64,000 nt of DNA, taken from the NCBI GenBank assembly GCA_964106915.2, contig OZ066919.1; one strand, given 5' to 3'. Source of the DNA: Podarcis gaigeae. Its lineage: Eukaryota. Of the stretch, positions 51,701 to 61,167 are shown in pieces (within the stretch, counting starts at the first letter, position 1; each line of letters opens with the position of its first letter). A program made the position numbers and the translations under genes. The notes under the pieces were generated by a model. That model saw nothing but the letters and a program-made list of their open reading frames with translations, was not told the origin of the DNA and did not search any database.

Positions 51701-54269
51701 CTCTGATTTATTTCCTTATCTTCCTGGTTTGAGTAAACCAGTTTTCATCCAAGCCAGAATTGGAATTTACAGATTGTGAAGTAAATAATGGTGTGTGCAA
51801 ACCAAGGAGGATGGAAATTTGAACATGAGAGGGAAAGCTCCATCAGCCAGACCATGATTTCGCCATTATCTCCCAACTCTGGTACTAAAGAAATGCCAAG
51901 GACCTTGGGGAAAGGACTGGCATTTGTGATGTCTCTTGGAAAACACTGGATTTGCTCTTACAAGCATATAAAATGAACTGAAATATCTGATAAGGGTTTG
52001 TTTGGTTACTTTTTACCAAAGTTGTTTAACTTCTGCAGATGATGGTTTGAACTATGGCACAGCATGCAGAATGCAATAAATATGCTTAATTCGTGCATAC
52101 AATGGAAAGAAAATCAGTAACTGGTATATTATATTAATATGCAAGAAATAAACTTGTCAACAGTTTCAACTATTTTAGAATGTTAAGAATGAAAAATGAA
52201 GGTGGTAATAAAAAATCCTAAAATAAACATACAAATTCTGAATCTGTTACGATTTCATTTTGCTGAATCTAATATAGATATAATGAGTATGATGCACAAT
52301 GAATGGCCATTCTGAAAGGAGAACTCAAAAAGATATTTCGGTGCCTGAATTCCTATTACTAGAAAGAAACCTAAATATATTCTGAAGCTCAGACATATTA
52401 ATAAGTAGTGCAGACTGTGAGGGCACTTTAGTGGTACCTCCCCAAAGCATGTGACATCTCTCCCTAAAATTATGTTTTGCAGACGTCTTGGTCAGTTCTG
52501 ACACCATTGTGTTAGCTTCTGTTTACTGCATATGAAATGCTAATCTGGATTAAGGAGACACAATGGGGGTGGGGAAACTGGTTATATGGCATATACTTGG
52601 GTCAAGATGTTGAAGTCAAGATCTCCAGGTTTCTTCTAACTCAGATTCTTTGAAAGCAATTATCATCCCAAGCCAAGCATCGGTTTTTCCTTAACAGAAT
52701 CTTGAATTTCCACAAATGCTATACAGTGGTACCTCAGGTTAAGTACTTAATTCATTCCGGAGGTCCATACTTAACCTGAAACTGTTCTTAACCTGAAGCA
52801 CCACTTTAGCTAATGGGGCCTCCTGCTGCTGCTGCGCTGCCGGAACCCGATTTCTGTTCTTATCCTGAAGCATAGTTCGTAACCTGAAGCACTATTTCTG
52901 GGTTAGCGGAGTCTGTAACCTGAAGTGTATGTAACACGAGGTACCACTGTATACCAAATCCTGTCACCTTCACAGAACATTTTGAAGTCTTAGCGGAAGT
53001 CTTATATAAACTGCATTGCATTCTCACTTTGATGAAATCTTCAGGGCATGAGACCTTGAAGAATGAAAAATATTTTATTTTGATGTGATGAACATAAGAG
53101 TTTTGCTAATCTGGACTGGCATTGTATTTGATGACTTGTAGAACAGCGCATATTACACATGTGTACAATTGTATCCATTAACAAGTAATCTTAACAGGGA
53201 ATTTGGATCCCTGAGAAAGTTGGTTTTCATTTTCTAAGCTTTTATGTTACAGATAAAATCATGGAAATAGGCAAACCATGTTTGTTCTGAAATCCATGGC
53301 CGGTGTACCTGCTTGGCACTTCAAAACTACTTCTGCAGTATCTTACCCTTCTACTTCAATACTGGCACTTCTTTTTTTCATTCTCTGGTCCTGCTGCCTT
53401 TGCTTTGAAAAACAAACAAAGTCAATTATGAAATAAAGCAAAATGTGTTCATTTTACGTGGAGTACATGGGTATTCTCAGCGTTCAGCTTGGCATTTGTA
53501 CAAGGGCAGTGCATGCTCAAACATGCCCAGCTTATAAATGATAGTTGTTGTCACTGAATAGTTGTTCTTTTCACAAACCCTGACCTAAACCTCACACAGC
53601 AGCAACAGTGTGCACTTAAGGATCTCTTTGGCTAACAGATCACCAGCGTCAGTGCCGATGTGGAAGCCAAGACTGACCAAATTCAAGCGCTCTGAACTCA
53701 TGTTTGCAGCTCTCTTTACCACACTAATATACTATTAGGTAATGTGGATTAGTCCAACAAGGATAACACTCATCCACGTAGAGTTGTGGGTTGTAGTTAT
53801 TTATTCTTATGAGACACTTGCATACACAGAAACCAGTGTGATCAGGATGGAAACCTGAGTAGCTTCTTTCTGAGAGCAAGTCTCCTTGCTGAATTGAAGC
53901 AGACCCCTGGAAACTGAAAATTATAAACAAACCCAAATAAATTGGTACAAGGTGGAAATAAACAAGAGAGCAATAGATGACCACACCAATATGGGGTTGC
54001 ATAGACAGTTGGAAAACCAAAATTTGAATGGAGCTTTTACTGGGATAACATTTCAGCTGATTTTTATACACTTGTAGGATTTCAGTTGATTTTACAGCTG
54101 TATTTCCCATGTAGCCACAATGGATATCTAGTTATAATTTTTTCTCTTTTGTCTGTTACAGGCGAATGGACACAGTTTTGTACATATGGAACATGAAAAA
54201 GCTGTACTACTACTGAAGAGTTTCCAGAATACAGTAGACCTAGTTATTCAACGTGAGCTTACTGTCTAA
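535..54269 (+). CDS. LRRC7: LRRC7 / densin-180, 5'-partial spliced CDS (16 exons in window, 3548 nt)
   Basis: Exons listed below join in frame through GT-AG introns. The product matches recalled mammalian densin-180 from the LRRs ([15 protein letters not shown]) to the PDZ C-terminus ([11 protein letters not shown]). Confidence 0.98.
940..1730 (+). mobile_element. Degenerate DIRS-type tyrosine-recombinase retrotransposon, 3' part
   Basis: YR-like peptide relics LAFYIDRT (1038) and FVRHDAMD (1281); terminal inverted pair 1443-1483 / 1678-1723; left boundary approximate. Confidence 0.65.
2772..3023. mobile_element. Tc1/mariner-type MITE
   Basis: TA|ccgtattttt ... gaaaaatacgg|TA; internal hairpin cagaacagcaagagggat / atccctcttgctgttctg. 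Confidence 0.88.
4730..5700 (-). mobile_element. L2 LINE 3' fragment, degenerate
   Basis: Minus ORF 5016..5249 contains [13 protein letters not shown]...FKVVMLTY, typical of the L2 ORF2 C-terminus; TTTA-repeat tail near 4730; boundaries approximate. Confidence 0.72.
7135..7264 (+). CDS. LRRC7: LRRC7 exon (LRR): [43 protein letters not shown]
   Basis: tttcag|T ... GAA|gtaaga; 130 nt, phase 2 to 0. Confidence 0.96.
9496..9536 (-). mobile_element. 5'-truncated Sauria SINE tail
   Basis: aaaggtaaaggtacccctgaccgttaggtccagt is the reverse complement of the Sauria SINE 3' end with its ACCTTT tail. Confidence 0.8.
9777..9892 (+). CDS. LRRC7: LRRC7 exon (LRR): [38 protein letters not shown](R)
   Basis: ctacag|ATT ... 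AACAG|gtaatg; 116 nt, phase 0 to 2. Confidence 0.96.
10476..10511 (+). repeat. (TC)18 microsatellite
   Basis: Directly visible. Confidence 0.95.
11723..11853. other. Assembly gap
   Basis: 131 N. Confidence 1.
12059..12128 (+). CDS. LRRC7: LRRC7 exon: [23 protein letters not shown]
   Basis: ttacag|A ... CAG|gtaaag; 70 nt, phase 2 to 0. Confidence 0.96.
12536..12893. mobile_element. Old hAT-type MITE
   Basis: TIR-like ends cagtgatggggaac / gttctccatccttg; partial 8-bp TSD (ccatctgt / ccatataa). Confidence 0.5.
13316..13415 (+). CDS. LRRC7: LRRC7 exon (LAP-specific region): [33 protein letters not shown](D)
   Basis: ttgcag|TCC ... GAAG|gtactt; 100 nt, phase 0 to 1; peptide visible in ORF 13196..13462. 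Confidence 0.96.
13962..14115 (+). mobile_element. MIR-like tRNA SINE
   Basis: gacctgggagacc...tgtgaccttggaccagtcac...ctcaacctaacccacctcgcagggtt core. Confidence 0.7.
14400..14545. mobile_element. Collapsed Penelope-like palindromic remnant
   Basis: aagactaacacatttatt ... catgaaag ... tttaaagtgctactggact resembles recalled reptile Penelope-derived repeats. Confidence 0.4.
15063..15187 (+). CDS. LRRC7: LRRC7 exon: [41 protein letters not shown]
   Basis: aattag|AT ... AAG|gtaact; 125 nt, phase 1 to 0. Confidence 0.96.
15274..15358. repeat. Short palindromic squamate repeat (~90 bp)
   Basis: gcaatcctat ... aagtcccattgaactcagtgg ... ggattgca; related copy at about 54887-54975. Confidence 0.55.
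18274..18403. other. Assembly gap
   Basis: 130 N. Confidence 1.
20340..20540 (+). CDS. LRRC7: LRRC7 exon: [29 protein letters not shown]...KDISVE
   Basis: gctcag|GTT ... GAG|gtaaca; 201 nt, phase 0 to 0. Confidence 0.96.
21975..22086 (+). CDS. LRRC7: LRRC7 exon: [37 protein letters not shown](E)
   Basis: ttacag|GAC ... AAAG|gtacta; 112 nt, phase 0 to 1. Confidence 0.95.
23581..23761 (+). CDS. LRRC7: LRRC7 exon: [35 protein letters not shown]...SLWGN(R)
   Basis: ttttag|AA ... AACAG|gtgtgt; 181 nt, phase 1 to 2; peptide visible in ORF 23517..23789. Confidence 0.96.
24887..26564 (+). CDS. LRRC7: LRRC7 large exon (1678 nt), including the CaMKII-binding [12 protein letters not shown] segment and ending [16 protein letters not shown]
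   Basis: ctccag|G ... GACAGG|gtatgt; phase 2 to 0; core of the 582-aa ORF 24843..26591. Confidence 0.97.
27670..27753 (+). repeat. Compound (TC)n(AC)n microsatellite
   Basis: Directly visible. Confidence 0.95.
31399..31540 (+). mobile_element. tRNA-Lys-derived SINE with CR1-type 3' tail
   Basis: Head ...ttaatttcagagtcgtgggtttgagccccacattgggc resembles tRNA-Lys(CTT); tail ggtcccttccaactctacaattctatgattct is a CR1 3' end. Confidence 0.8.
31788..31937 (+). CDS. LRRC7: LRRC7 exon: [50 protein letters not shown]
   Basis: actcag|ACT ... AAA|gtaagt; 150 nt, symmetric phase 0. Confidence 0.93.
33171..33305 (-). mobile_element. MIR-like tRNA SINE
   Basis: atcctcacaacaaccctgtgagg...ggcccaaggtcac...ctctaaccactacacc. 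Confidence 0.75.
34694..34813 (+). CDS. LRRC7: LRRC7 exon: [40 protein letters not shown]
   Basis: aaatag|ACC ... AAG|gtaaca; 120 nt, symmetric phase 0. Confidence 0.94.
36233..36369. mobile_element. Palindromic hAT MITE (137 bp)
   Basis: TIR caggcataggcaaac / gtttgcctatgcctg; 8-bp TSD atctaggg / ctctaggg. Confidence 0.9.
36925..36945 (+). repeat. (GT)10 microsatellite
   Basis: Directly visible, 75 nt upstream of the 37021 acceptor. Confidence 0.9.
37021..37236 (+). CDS. LRRC7: LRRC7 exon: [24 protein letters not shown]...RSMDGYPEQ
   Basis: ccacag|GCA ... CAG|gtgagc; 216 nt, symmetric phase 0. Confidence 0.95.
38186..38278 (+). CDS. LRRC7: LRRC7 PDZ exon 1: [31 protein letters not shown]
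   Basis: atctag|TTT ... AAG|gtaagg; 93 nt; contains the PDZ GLGF loop. Confidence 0.97.
38724..38952 (+). repeat. 229-bp local duplicate (derived copy) flanked by a 15-bp direct repeat
   Basis: 226/229 identical to 40478-40706; GAAGTGAAAAGTATG at 38710-38724 and 38950-38964. Confidence 0.95.
39035..39157. mobile_element. Older hAT MITE of the same superfamily, internally deleted
   Basis: TIR cagccttcccca / tggggaaagctg; perfect 8-bp TSD ccttagac. Confidence 0.85.
40250..40384. mobile_element. Palindromic hAT MITE, same family as 36233-36369, opposite orientation
   Basis: Same TIRs; TSD cactaaac / cactacac; central spacer is the reverse complement of the 36233 copy. Confidence 0.9.
40478..40706 (+). 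repeat. 229-bp local duplicate (putative donor copy)
   Basis: Matches 38724-38952; no flanking direct repeat. Confidence 0.95.
40912..40986 (+). CDS. LRRC7: LRRC7 PDZ exon 2: [25 protein letters not shown]
   Basis: ttatag|GGT ... CAA|gtaagc; 75 nt. Confidence 0.96.
44592..44648 (+). repeat. (GAA)19 microsatellite
   Basis: Directly visible; produces the spurious poly-E and poly-S ORFs. Confidence 0.95.
45195..45515 (-). mobile_element. L2 LINE 3' end
   Basis: Minus ORF 45251..45451 contains [16 protein letters not shown] (L2 C-terminal motif); TTTA tail near 45200. Confidence 0.78.
45699..46031 (-). mobile_element. Sauria SINE (Squam1), near full length
   Basis: Reverse complement of the ggtggcgctgtgggttaaaccacagag head and gtccctttacctt tail; 14-bp TSD agctgatgcataaa (45685-45698, 46034-46047). 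Confidence 0.95.
47264..47410 (-). mobile_element. MIR-like SINE fragment
   Basis: tatttatttaaatcccacttttcctcc ... ccccattttatcctcacaacaatcctgtga. Confidence 0.7.
51267..51628 (+). mobile_element. Young Sauria SINE, full length, different subfamily
   Basis: A/B-box head (ggttcgaatccc), (ACCTTT)3 tail, 10-bp TSD tatgaaaata, CpGs retained. Confidence 0.96.
52724..52949. mobile_element. Tc1/mariner (Tigger-like) MITE
   Basis: TA|cagtggtacctc ... gaggtaccactg|TA; internal taacctgaa repeats. Confidence 0.92.
54162..54269 (+). CDS. LRRC7: LRRC7 terminal coding exon: [35 protein letters not shown]
   Basis: ttacag|GCG ... GTC TAA; follows a 13.2-kb intron. Confidence 0.97.
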   Translation, partial: ANGHSFVHMEHEKAVLLLKSFQNTVDLVIQRELTV

Positions 54270-54320
54270 ATATTTTTTATAAATAGTAAAATATGTCTAG
54301 CCAGATCTAATGTTTAATTA

Positions 54321-54356
54321 AATAAAAATTTATATACATATATATATATAAATAAA
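54321..54356 (+). terminator. Two proximal AATAAA poly(A) signals of LRRC7
   Basis: AATAAA at 54321-54326 and 54351-54356 in a TA-rich context; usage not shown. Confidence 0.4.
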
Positions 54357-55679
54357 TGAATATATATATATATGGGGGGAAATTGCCAATTGCTGGACCA
54401 ATGGCAAACATAGTGCCAAATGTATAATATATGTTAGTACTGATCATTGGGAGGGATATCTATATAAATGTAACTTCCATGGGATTACATATTAGTTCTC
54501 ATTGTAAGCCTCTGTGCGTTGGTACCAGCTTTTTTTCAAGATGATTTTTAATTATTTCTAGATGTCATGTAATTTCAGAACACAGAAGCACACACAAGCT
54601 CCGTCTATCAAAAAACAGGCTGCATGCACAACACACCTTTAAAAGACATGACACCCCCCTATCCCAATAGCCTTGTGAGGGATAAACTACAATTCCCAGA
54701 ATACTCTGGGGGAAGCCATGCCCTTTTAAGGTGGTGTGTGTACCCAGTCACAGCCTCAAAGTTCTTCATGGCTTTAGAAAGAAAACTATTTAAAATTGTA
54801 ATTCCCACAAAGCCTAAAGTCAAATATAATGGATTATTAAATAGTATTTTTATAGACACTTAAAATGAAAACTATATATAAATTAACCTGTAGTCCTATA
54901 TCCACTTACCTGAGAATGAATTCCATTGCACTTAATGGGGCTTTCTTCTGAGGAGACATTTATAGAATTGCACTTTAAAACTTTTCGGCCTGATACAACT
55001 AAATATTTGCGCTAGCAGGAGACAGTGCAATGAGCTCTGCTAGTGCAACAGGGCTCCCCCCTATTTCTGGCCACCCAATCAGCTGGGGGGGAGGGAGAGG
55101 AGGAGATCTTTCTGCCTGGCAAGCAAAAATGCTTGCACTGACAGAACAAACGTAATGGTGAGACACTAAATTCCTCCCTTTGCCTTTTTAAATTTCATGG
55201 GTGGTGTTCAACTGATTTGCTCAGAGTAGTAATGTCTAAGCTAATCCTTTTCATTGATTTCAATGCATCTATTCTGAGTAAAACTTAACCGAATAGCACC
55301 CAATGCCTTACAGGATTAATTTAAGGTACTCCCTGAGCTGGGAGAGGGTGTCACACATGCAAAAGTGAGCTTCAGTGTGTATACTATTATTTGAAAAGCT
55401 CATCTCCTGCGCTTCATATGTATTTGCATCACTCAGGGTAGCTTGAAATAATACAACCATATAAACCAATACAACAAAGACAGGCGCAGCCGAAGATGAT
55501 GATAAGATGCACCACACAGCAGGCATAAGATATACAGTGAGATATGATATAATGAGGTAATATAATGTGGGTATGACCACAGAGGTGGCTTTTTTGCCAC
55601 TTTCCATCCAATATTCAATGTTCAACCTGGAACATGACATGGAAGGGAGCCTTTAAAGCAAATCTTAGGCAGCAGGCAA

Positions 55680-56100
55680 CCTAGGAGGGGGAGAGATGGT
55701 CCCTCAGGTATCCTTTAGGGCAGGGATGAGGAACCTCTTTGGCCCTCAGATTCTCCCTAGGCCACACACTGCCCAACAAGAATGTGTCTCTGAGCTGTTC
55801 TAAGGCCTCTTGCTTGCCTGGAGAGAAAAAGGTGGGTAGGTGGGTGGGTGGGTGGGTGCCTGCCTGTGTAAACCTCTGCCTTTCGCATGGGTTTGCATGG
55901 CTGGAATGTAGTCTAGTGTACAAAAGTCTCACATCCTTTGTTCAGCCCACTTGTCCTCTGGCCCCACCCGCCACTAACATGTGGCCCCTGGAAGGTTACC
56001 CATGACGTAATGCAGCCCTCTGTTTGAAAAAGGTTCACCATGTTTGCTATTAGGGCTTCAAAGATAATTACCAGAACTTTGAATTGTGTCCAGAAATGAA
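55680..56100 (-). mobile_element. L2 fragment interrupted by a hAT MITE (about 55721-56046)
   Basis: Minus ORF 55913..56107 begins with L2-like FWTQFKVLVIIFEAL; MITE ends cagggatgaggaacct / aggttcaccatgtttg with a ctttaggg / ctattaggg TSD-like flank. Confidence 0.55.
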
Positions 56101-56140
56101 TTAGCAAGAAGGGGATTTGCTCTTTCTTACCACAATCATA

Positions 56141-56313
56141 GGGACGCAGGTGGTGCTGTGGTCTAAACCACTGAGCCTAGGGCTTGCTGATCGGAAGGTC
56201 GGCAGTTTGAATCCCCATGACGGGGTGAGCTCCCGTTGCTTGGTCCCAGCTCCTCCCCACCTAGAAATTTGAAAGCACATCAAAGTACCTAAGGATCAGG
56301 GGTACCTCTACCT
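56141..56313 (+). mobile_element. Internally deleted Sauria SINE
   Basis: Head gggacgcaggtggtgctgtgg joined at aaagt|acctaa to the 3' tail; 13-bp TSD ttaccacaatcat. Confidence 0.92.
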
Positions 56314-58075
56314 TTACCACAATCATGCGACGTGGTTTAGGGTTATACAAAGAACAGTCACAGCTAATCTGAATATTTGTAACCTGCAATGCACTCCTTC
56401 CATGTCATTTCCCATGTTCCAAGCTCAGACCCTCCTATTGCAAAAATATGCTCAGCTCAAATTCTTAATGAACAACATGCTTTATTTGATGAAATATGTG
56501 TAGGAGTTAATCCACAAGATGACATTTAATGAAGGGGAACAGTGTGCAAATCACTTAATATTGCTTATCAATAGAAAAACCATTACTGTAGCTAATTAAA
56601 AGTGGTTTGGCCCTAATGTAATTCAGTTCTCTTAGCACTTTACACAAGCAATAACGTTTCTGACTATACATTATAATTAAACTATTTAAAATATTTATAT
56701 GACACCTTCTCCTAGGTTCAAGACAGTTGGCAATGAAATATAAAACCATAAAATAACTCAGGATAGCCTTACGACTAAACAGAATGTGGTTTCAGCTCAA
56801 CTGTTTTATCAAATCAGATAATGATGACAGGTTGCTTAATTAACAAGTGGGGATAAAGTTGATCTACCTGCCATGGAAGCCAGGGAATCATATGTTCTTG
56901 CTCTTTGTTTTGTAGCAAGAATGGAGAATAAGATGTTATTGCTTTTGCATGCTGTGGGCCTGTAGTGATCTTTGAATCCCAGATCAATGATCTAAAACTT
57001 CAAATGCTATGAAACTTACTAGTCCTCCTATCCAGAGGGGGGTCCTATGTTTTAAAATTCATTTGTTTTCATTTTTGATAATGATTTAAAAATACAGTGA
57101 AATCCAAAAATTGTCATTTATTCTACACTTCTTTAGAATTTGACTCTGCTGCATTGGTTGCCATGGCACCAGTTCTTTTATTTACCAACTCTCACATTCG
57201 AGCTACACTGTAAGTAAAATAAAGGGAAAGGCTGACATTCCTTCAAATCAGCACAACAGCTGTTCAGGTAAACATAATGTGTATGGAGCATCACTACATG
57301 GAGGCAGTGACACAAACCTGTTATGTATCTATGCAGGCAGGCAGGACATACACTTGTAAAGTATTTGTTTAAAAACGGTAGATGGCAAGTACTCTTAAGA
57401 ATCGTGCTTTTCTCCCATGCCTCTTGCAGTATAGACATCTGCTCACATGCATTAATAAATTCAAAAGCTTCTTGGTTTGGAACCATTGTTCTTACCTATA
57501 TGCAAATTTTAATTTATATATGAGCTATAACACATGACCACCAGATAACTCAAGCAACCACCATACTTAAGATTCAAAGTCATGTGTTCTGCTTATAGCC
57601 ACATGCTGCAGCAATTGCAGAAACCCTATGACTACAAATATAGGTAGTCAAAATGTAACTTCTGCTATTACTGGGTTTGCCACTACACTAATCTTTCTTC
57701 CCTCATGGAACTCAAGTCAGCATACATCTTGTTTCCATGTGATCTCCCATCTAAGCATCACACGCTTTCTCAGTGATGATGCTTCCATTTTGGAACCAAC
57801 ACCACCCCTCCATGATACCTAAATCTTGTTACATTTTAGATATCTGGTAATTCACACAGGCACATAGCAAGATCTGATGCCAGTATTGTTATTTTTAGGT
57901 GGCTGGCTCTATGCCTCATTTTAGTAACTGTATTGTGAATTTGAAACTGTTTTGTTGTAACTCACCCAAAAATTGCTGTGCAGTGAGACTAGATGAAAAA
58001 TGTTTCCCAAAAAAGGGCAGACCTCTTAGCTACATTGGCTGCATCAAGTCCCTCTGGATGGTGCCCTGTGTGACC

Positions 58076-58212
58076 GGTGCCGTTTTTTCTAGAAAAAGAG
58101 ATACTGGAACTCACCGTGAATGCCTCCCTTCTTCTCTTATGATGGCAATGGCACCCACCTGAGAGGTGCTAGAGCTGAGTTCCAGTGAGTTCTGGTTGGG
58201 GAAAAAGCTCCG
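58076..58212. mobile_element. Degenerate short MITE-like repeat
   Basis: tttttt...ctggaactcac ... gtgagttctgg...aaaaagc inverted ends. Confidence 0.45.
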
Positions 58213-59900
58213 CTTGTGACCAATTTATAAATAAAAGATGGAACAGTTGTTAATTTAAAAACAAAAACCTATTATAAACCTTGTGCCTAGGATATCTGGA
58301 ATGAAAGCTATGTTCCACAAAGGATAGTCTTCTTTATCCTACCACTCTCTGCTTCCCTTTCTTGCAGCAGCAGTGCCTACCCATTTACCAAACTAAAACC
58401 AGTAGTTTCAGCGTTGTACACAGCTAACTTGTGAGTGTACTGAATTCTGTGTCTGACTGCAATACATGCCTCTCTAAGAAATAATCAAGCAAATCACAGA
58501 AATATAAGCAAAATGCTAATCTGCTCACCTCCCTGCTAATGTTCAGAATGTATCATTGTCAACAGCAAGAGTGTTTAGTAACATTGATTCGAGTTTTCCA
58601 TGTTTACAGTTTTCATGTACTTTTGGGGCAAAATTAAGATGGAACTCAAATAGTGACTTACACTTTCACAAAACATTTTTTCTTCCTTTAGGAATTGCTG
58701 TTGAATATTTTCAGTTCCATTTTTTCCTTTGCTCATGGTCTTCATTATTGCATTGTGTTCCAAGTATGAGATAATAATAAAATCTATTTCTAAACCAGTA
58801 ATTTGGATTGGATTCACATGTAGTGACGGTGGGTTAATGAACAACAAGGGCAGTTTTTGCTATGCTCAACAACAATGGTAGTCATATTTGCGCAGCCCAA
58901 TACTGACACCCAAAGGCAAAGCCTAGTTTTCCTCAGCACACACATTTTTAATAGCCAGATTTCTAACGCTCTATACAATAGCAGAATTTTAACTCAGACT
59001 TTTAGAATGAGTCGTCCTTACTAGTCTTTTTGAACTTTTCAGATGTGCATTAAGTCAAACACAAAACATGTATAATACACACCATTTTACTCCATCTAGA
59101 ATTTTCATGCCCTCTTGTAAAAGCTTTTATTCTTAACATCAAGAAGCCACACCAGTTCAGCACAAGAGGCTGAATTTTTATAAACTGGGGCCTTTCCTGC
59201 CTCTTTGCTAGCTTAGGTGGCTTAACACTGGGCAAGACAAAAGACTTATTAAGTTACATTTTTCTACTTGTGAGTACTGTAATCAAGTCAAAAACAACTT
59301 ACTTTATTACAAATTTTACCATTTTATAAAACACATGTTTAATTATAGAGATAGCTGTATTGTAATTAATATTTTGAGAAAATTGTGATTTTGAGCTTAA
59401 ATTATATACAGAACTGTCATTTTTGTATGTGTTACAAAGATTGCTATATGAAGAACTGTACTTTTCAGTTTAATTACAATATCATTGTAAATATGGCTGA
59501 ATGAAGAACCACTTACTACTCTATGAACATAGATTGTGAATGTATTTCAATGTCTTTGCAGTATACAGATTTACTGAACTTGGAAGCTGCTTCATTTTAC
59601 GTGCAAAAAGGTACTTTAAAGCTATATTTTAAATCTATTGATTCAGTGAAATCAATTATCTTTCATTTGCACATGCAGGTGGTATCACTCCCATTTTAAT
59701 TTGTGTATTGACACTAACTGGTAAGGTGCATATTGTGTCTAGAATGCATTTTGCAGATGCTTTCTGTACATAAAAAGAATACAGGGACTCAAACAATGCT
59801 GTGCAGCGTATAGCAGAGCCATTTTCGGCTTTGATGTACTCAACCTTTTTCAGTATTAAAAAAAGTGTTTTGAATAATATATTAAAAAGTCTATTGTATA

Positions 59901-59906
59901 AATAAA
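59901..59906 (+). terminator. Distal LRRC7 poly(A) signal
   Basis: TGTATA-AATAAA with an upstream UGUA motif, downstream ctttgtgcgggagtcttgc and a T-run. Confidence 0.6.
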
Positions 59907-60336
59907 GGCACCTTATTGTAAGTACTTTGTGCGGGAGTCTTGCAATCACTTTTTTTTTTTTTTAAGACAACTATTTCACTTTTGCTCATTCATAGAAACA
60001 ACACCAAGCTGTTTGCCAAGCTTCTTATTATTTTACTTCCTCAATCCAAGTGCATCAGAAGTACGGAACTAGAAATGCATTCACCAACATAAAAAGACGC
60101 TGTCAGCTTTTCAGGTAGTTCTCATTACCTAGGGGTTTGGACTTGCAGAGAATGGTTTAGTACAATGGTTGCTAGTACTGGATTGCTGTCAGGTTAATCA
60201 CCCCTGCACTAGTCTCTCGTTGGGTGCAGACTATGGCTTTCATAATTGTACCCAAAGTTTGGGGGAAAGGAAAGTATCTTATGGGCAATAGTGTATATAT
60301 GCTTCTAATTATACATAACTCAACACAGGGGCTACT

Positions 60337-60417
60337 ATAATAATCATAATAATTTATTATTTAGACCCTGCCCATCTGGCTGGGTTTCCCCAGCCACTCT
60401 GGGCGGTTCCCAACAGA
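60337..60417 (-). mobile_element. L2-type 3' tail fragment
   Basis: (ATA)n plus tttattattt...cccatctggctgggtttccccagccactctgggcgg. Confidence 0.65.
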
Positions 60418-61039
60418 TTATTAAAAACACAAAAGCAAGACCAGGACAACACATTTAAGGGTGTAGGCATGGCTGTCTCAAATTAAGAACAGATCAGGGA
60501 AATTCACATCAATAACCCTCTTCCAAAAAGATTCCAGTTTCTACAAGTCTTAAAAATTTAATCTGAAAGTGGGGTTGCATGGTTAAACAGTTTTAGAGTT
60601 AAAAGAATTCCATATAATAGATTATACTCTGGTGCAGCTACATGCCTCCTCCTTTCCAACTCCCAGTTTCACAGTTTTTTTGCAAAGAAAGGAGAAAATT
60701 CATGTGTGTGGTGTTCACAGCTGACACAGGCCATGTGTCTTCATACTAAGCTATCCTTGTACAAGTAGGACATCTCCAAAAACAAGCAGCTCTTAATAGC
60801 TATAACATTTTAAAAAGGGAAATAAATGGAAACTGCTCATTTTGGCAAACTAGCATCTTGAATAATTGCAAGGCACACACACAACCAAGTATTAATTATA
60901 AAAAAACAGAAAAAAAATTCCAACATTTGTGATGTTCCACACAGCAGAGTTTTTCTAAACATTTCTGGAATTTGTAAACAGTTGCACTAAGTCATTTGGT
61001 TAAATTTACGAAACTGATCATTTGATATATAATTTGAGT

Positions 61040-61167
61040 TTTATTTTCAAATAATAATTTGATAAATGTGCCAAATCATTAGTGATCAAGTCAGCACCAT
61101 AATTCTTCAGCAGGCAATCGCTTGGTGCAAATGCTTCCTATTATGCAAATCAAGATCTGCATTTATT
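61040..61167 (-). terminator. Candidate LRRC40 poly(A) signals
   Basis: TTTATT on + (AATAAA on -) at 61162-61167 and 61040-61045, 330-460 nt past the stop. Confidence 0.5.

Larger units (their letters stand above)
54270..59925 (+). other. LRRC7: Putative long LRRC7 3' UTR (distal end inferred)
   Basis: AU-rich and largely repeat-poor after ~56.4 kb. Pumilio elements TGTAAATA 59486 and TGTACATA 59765. AATAAA at 59901 followed by a GU/U-rich tract. Confidence 0.55.

Noticed and set aside
54383-54407. Iron-responsive element
   Set aside because: The loop is CTGGAC rather than CAGTGN, and there is no bulged C.
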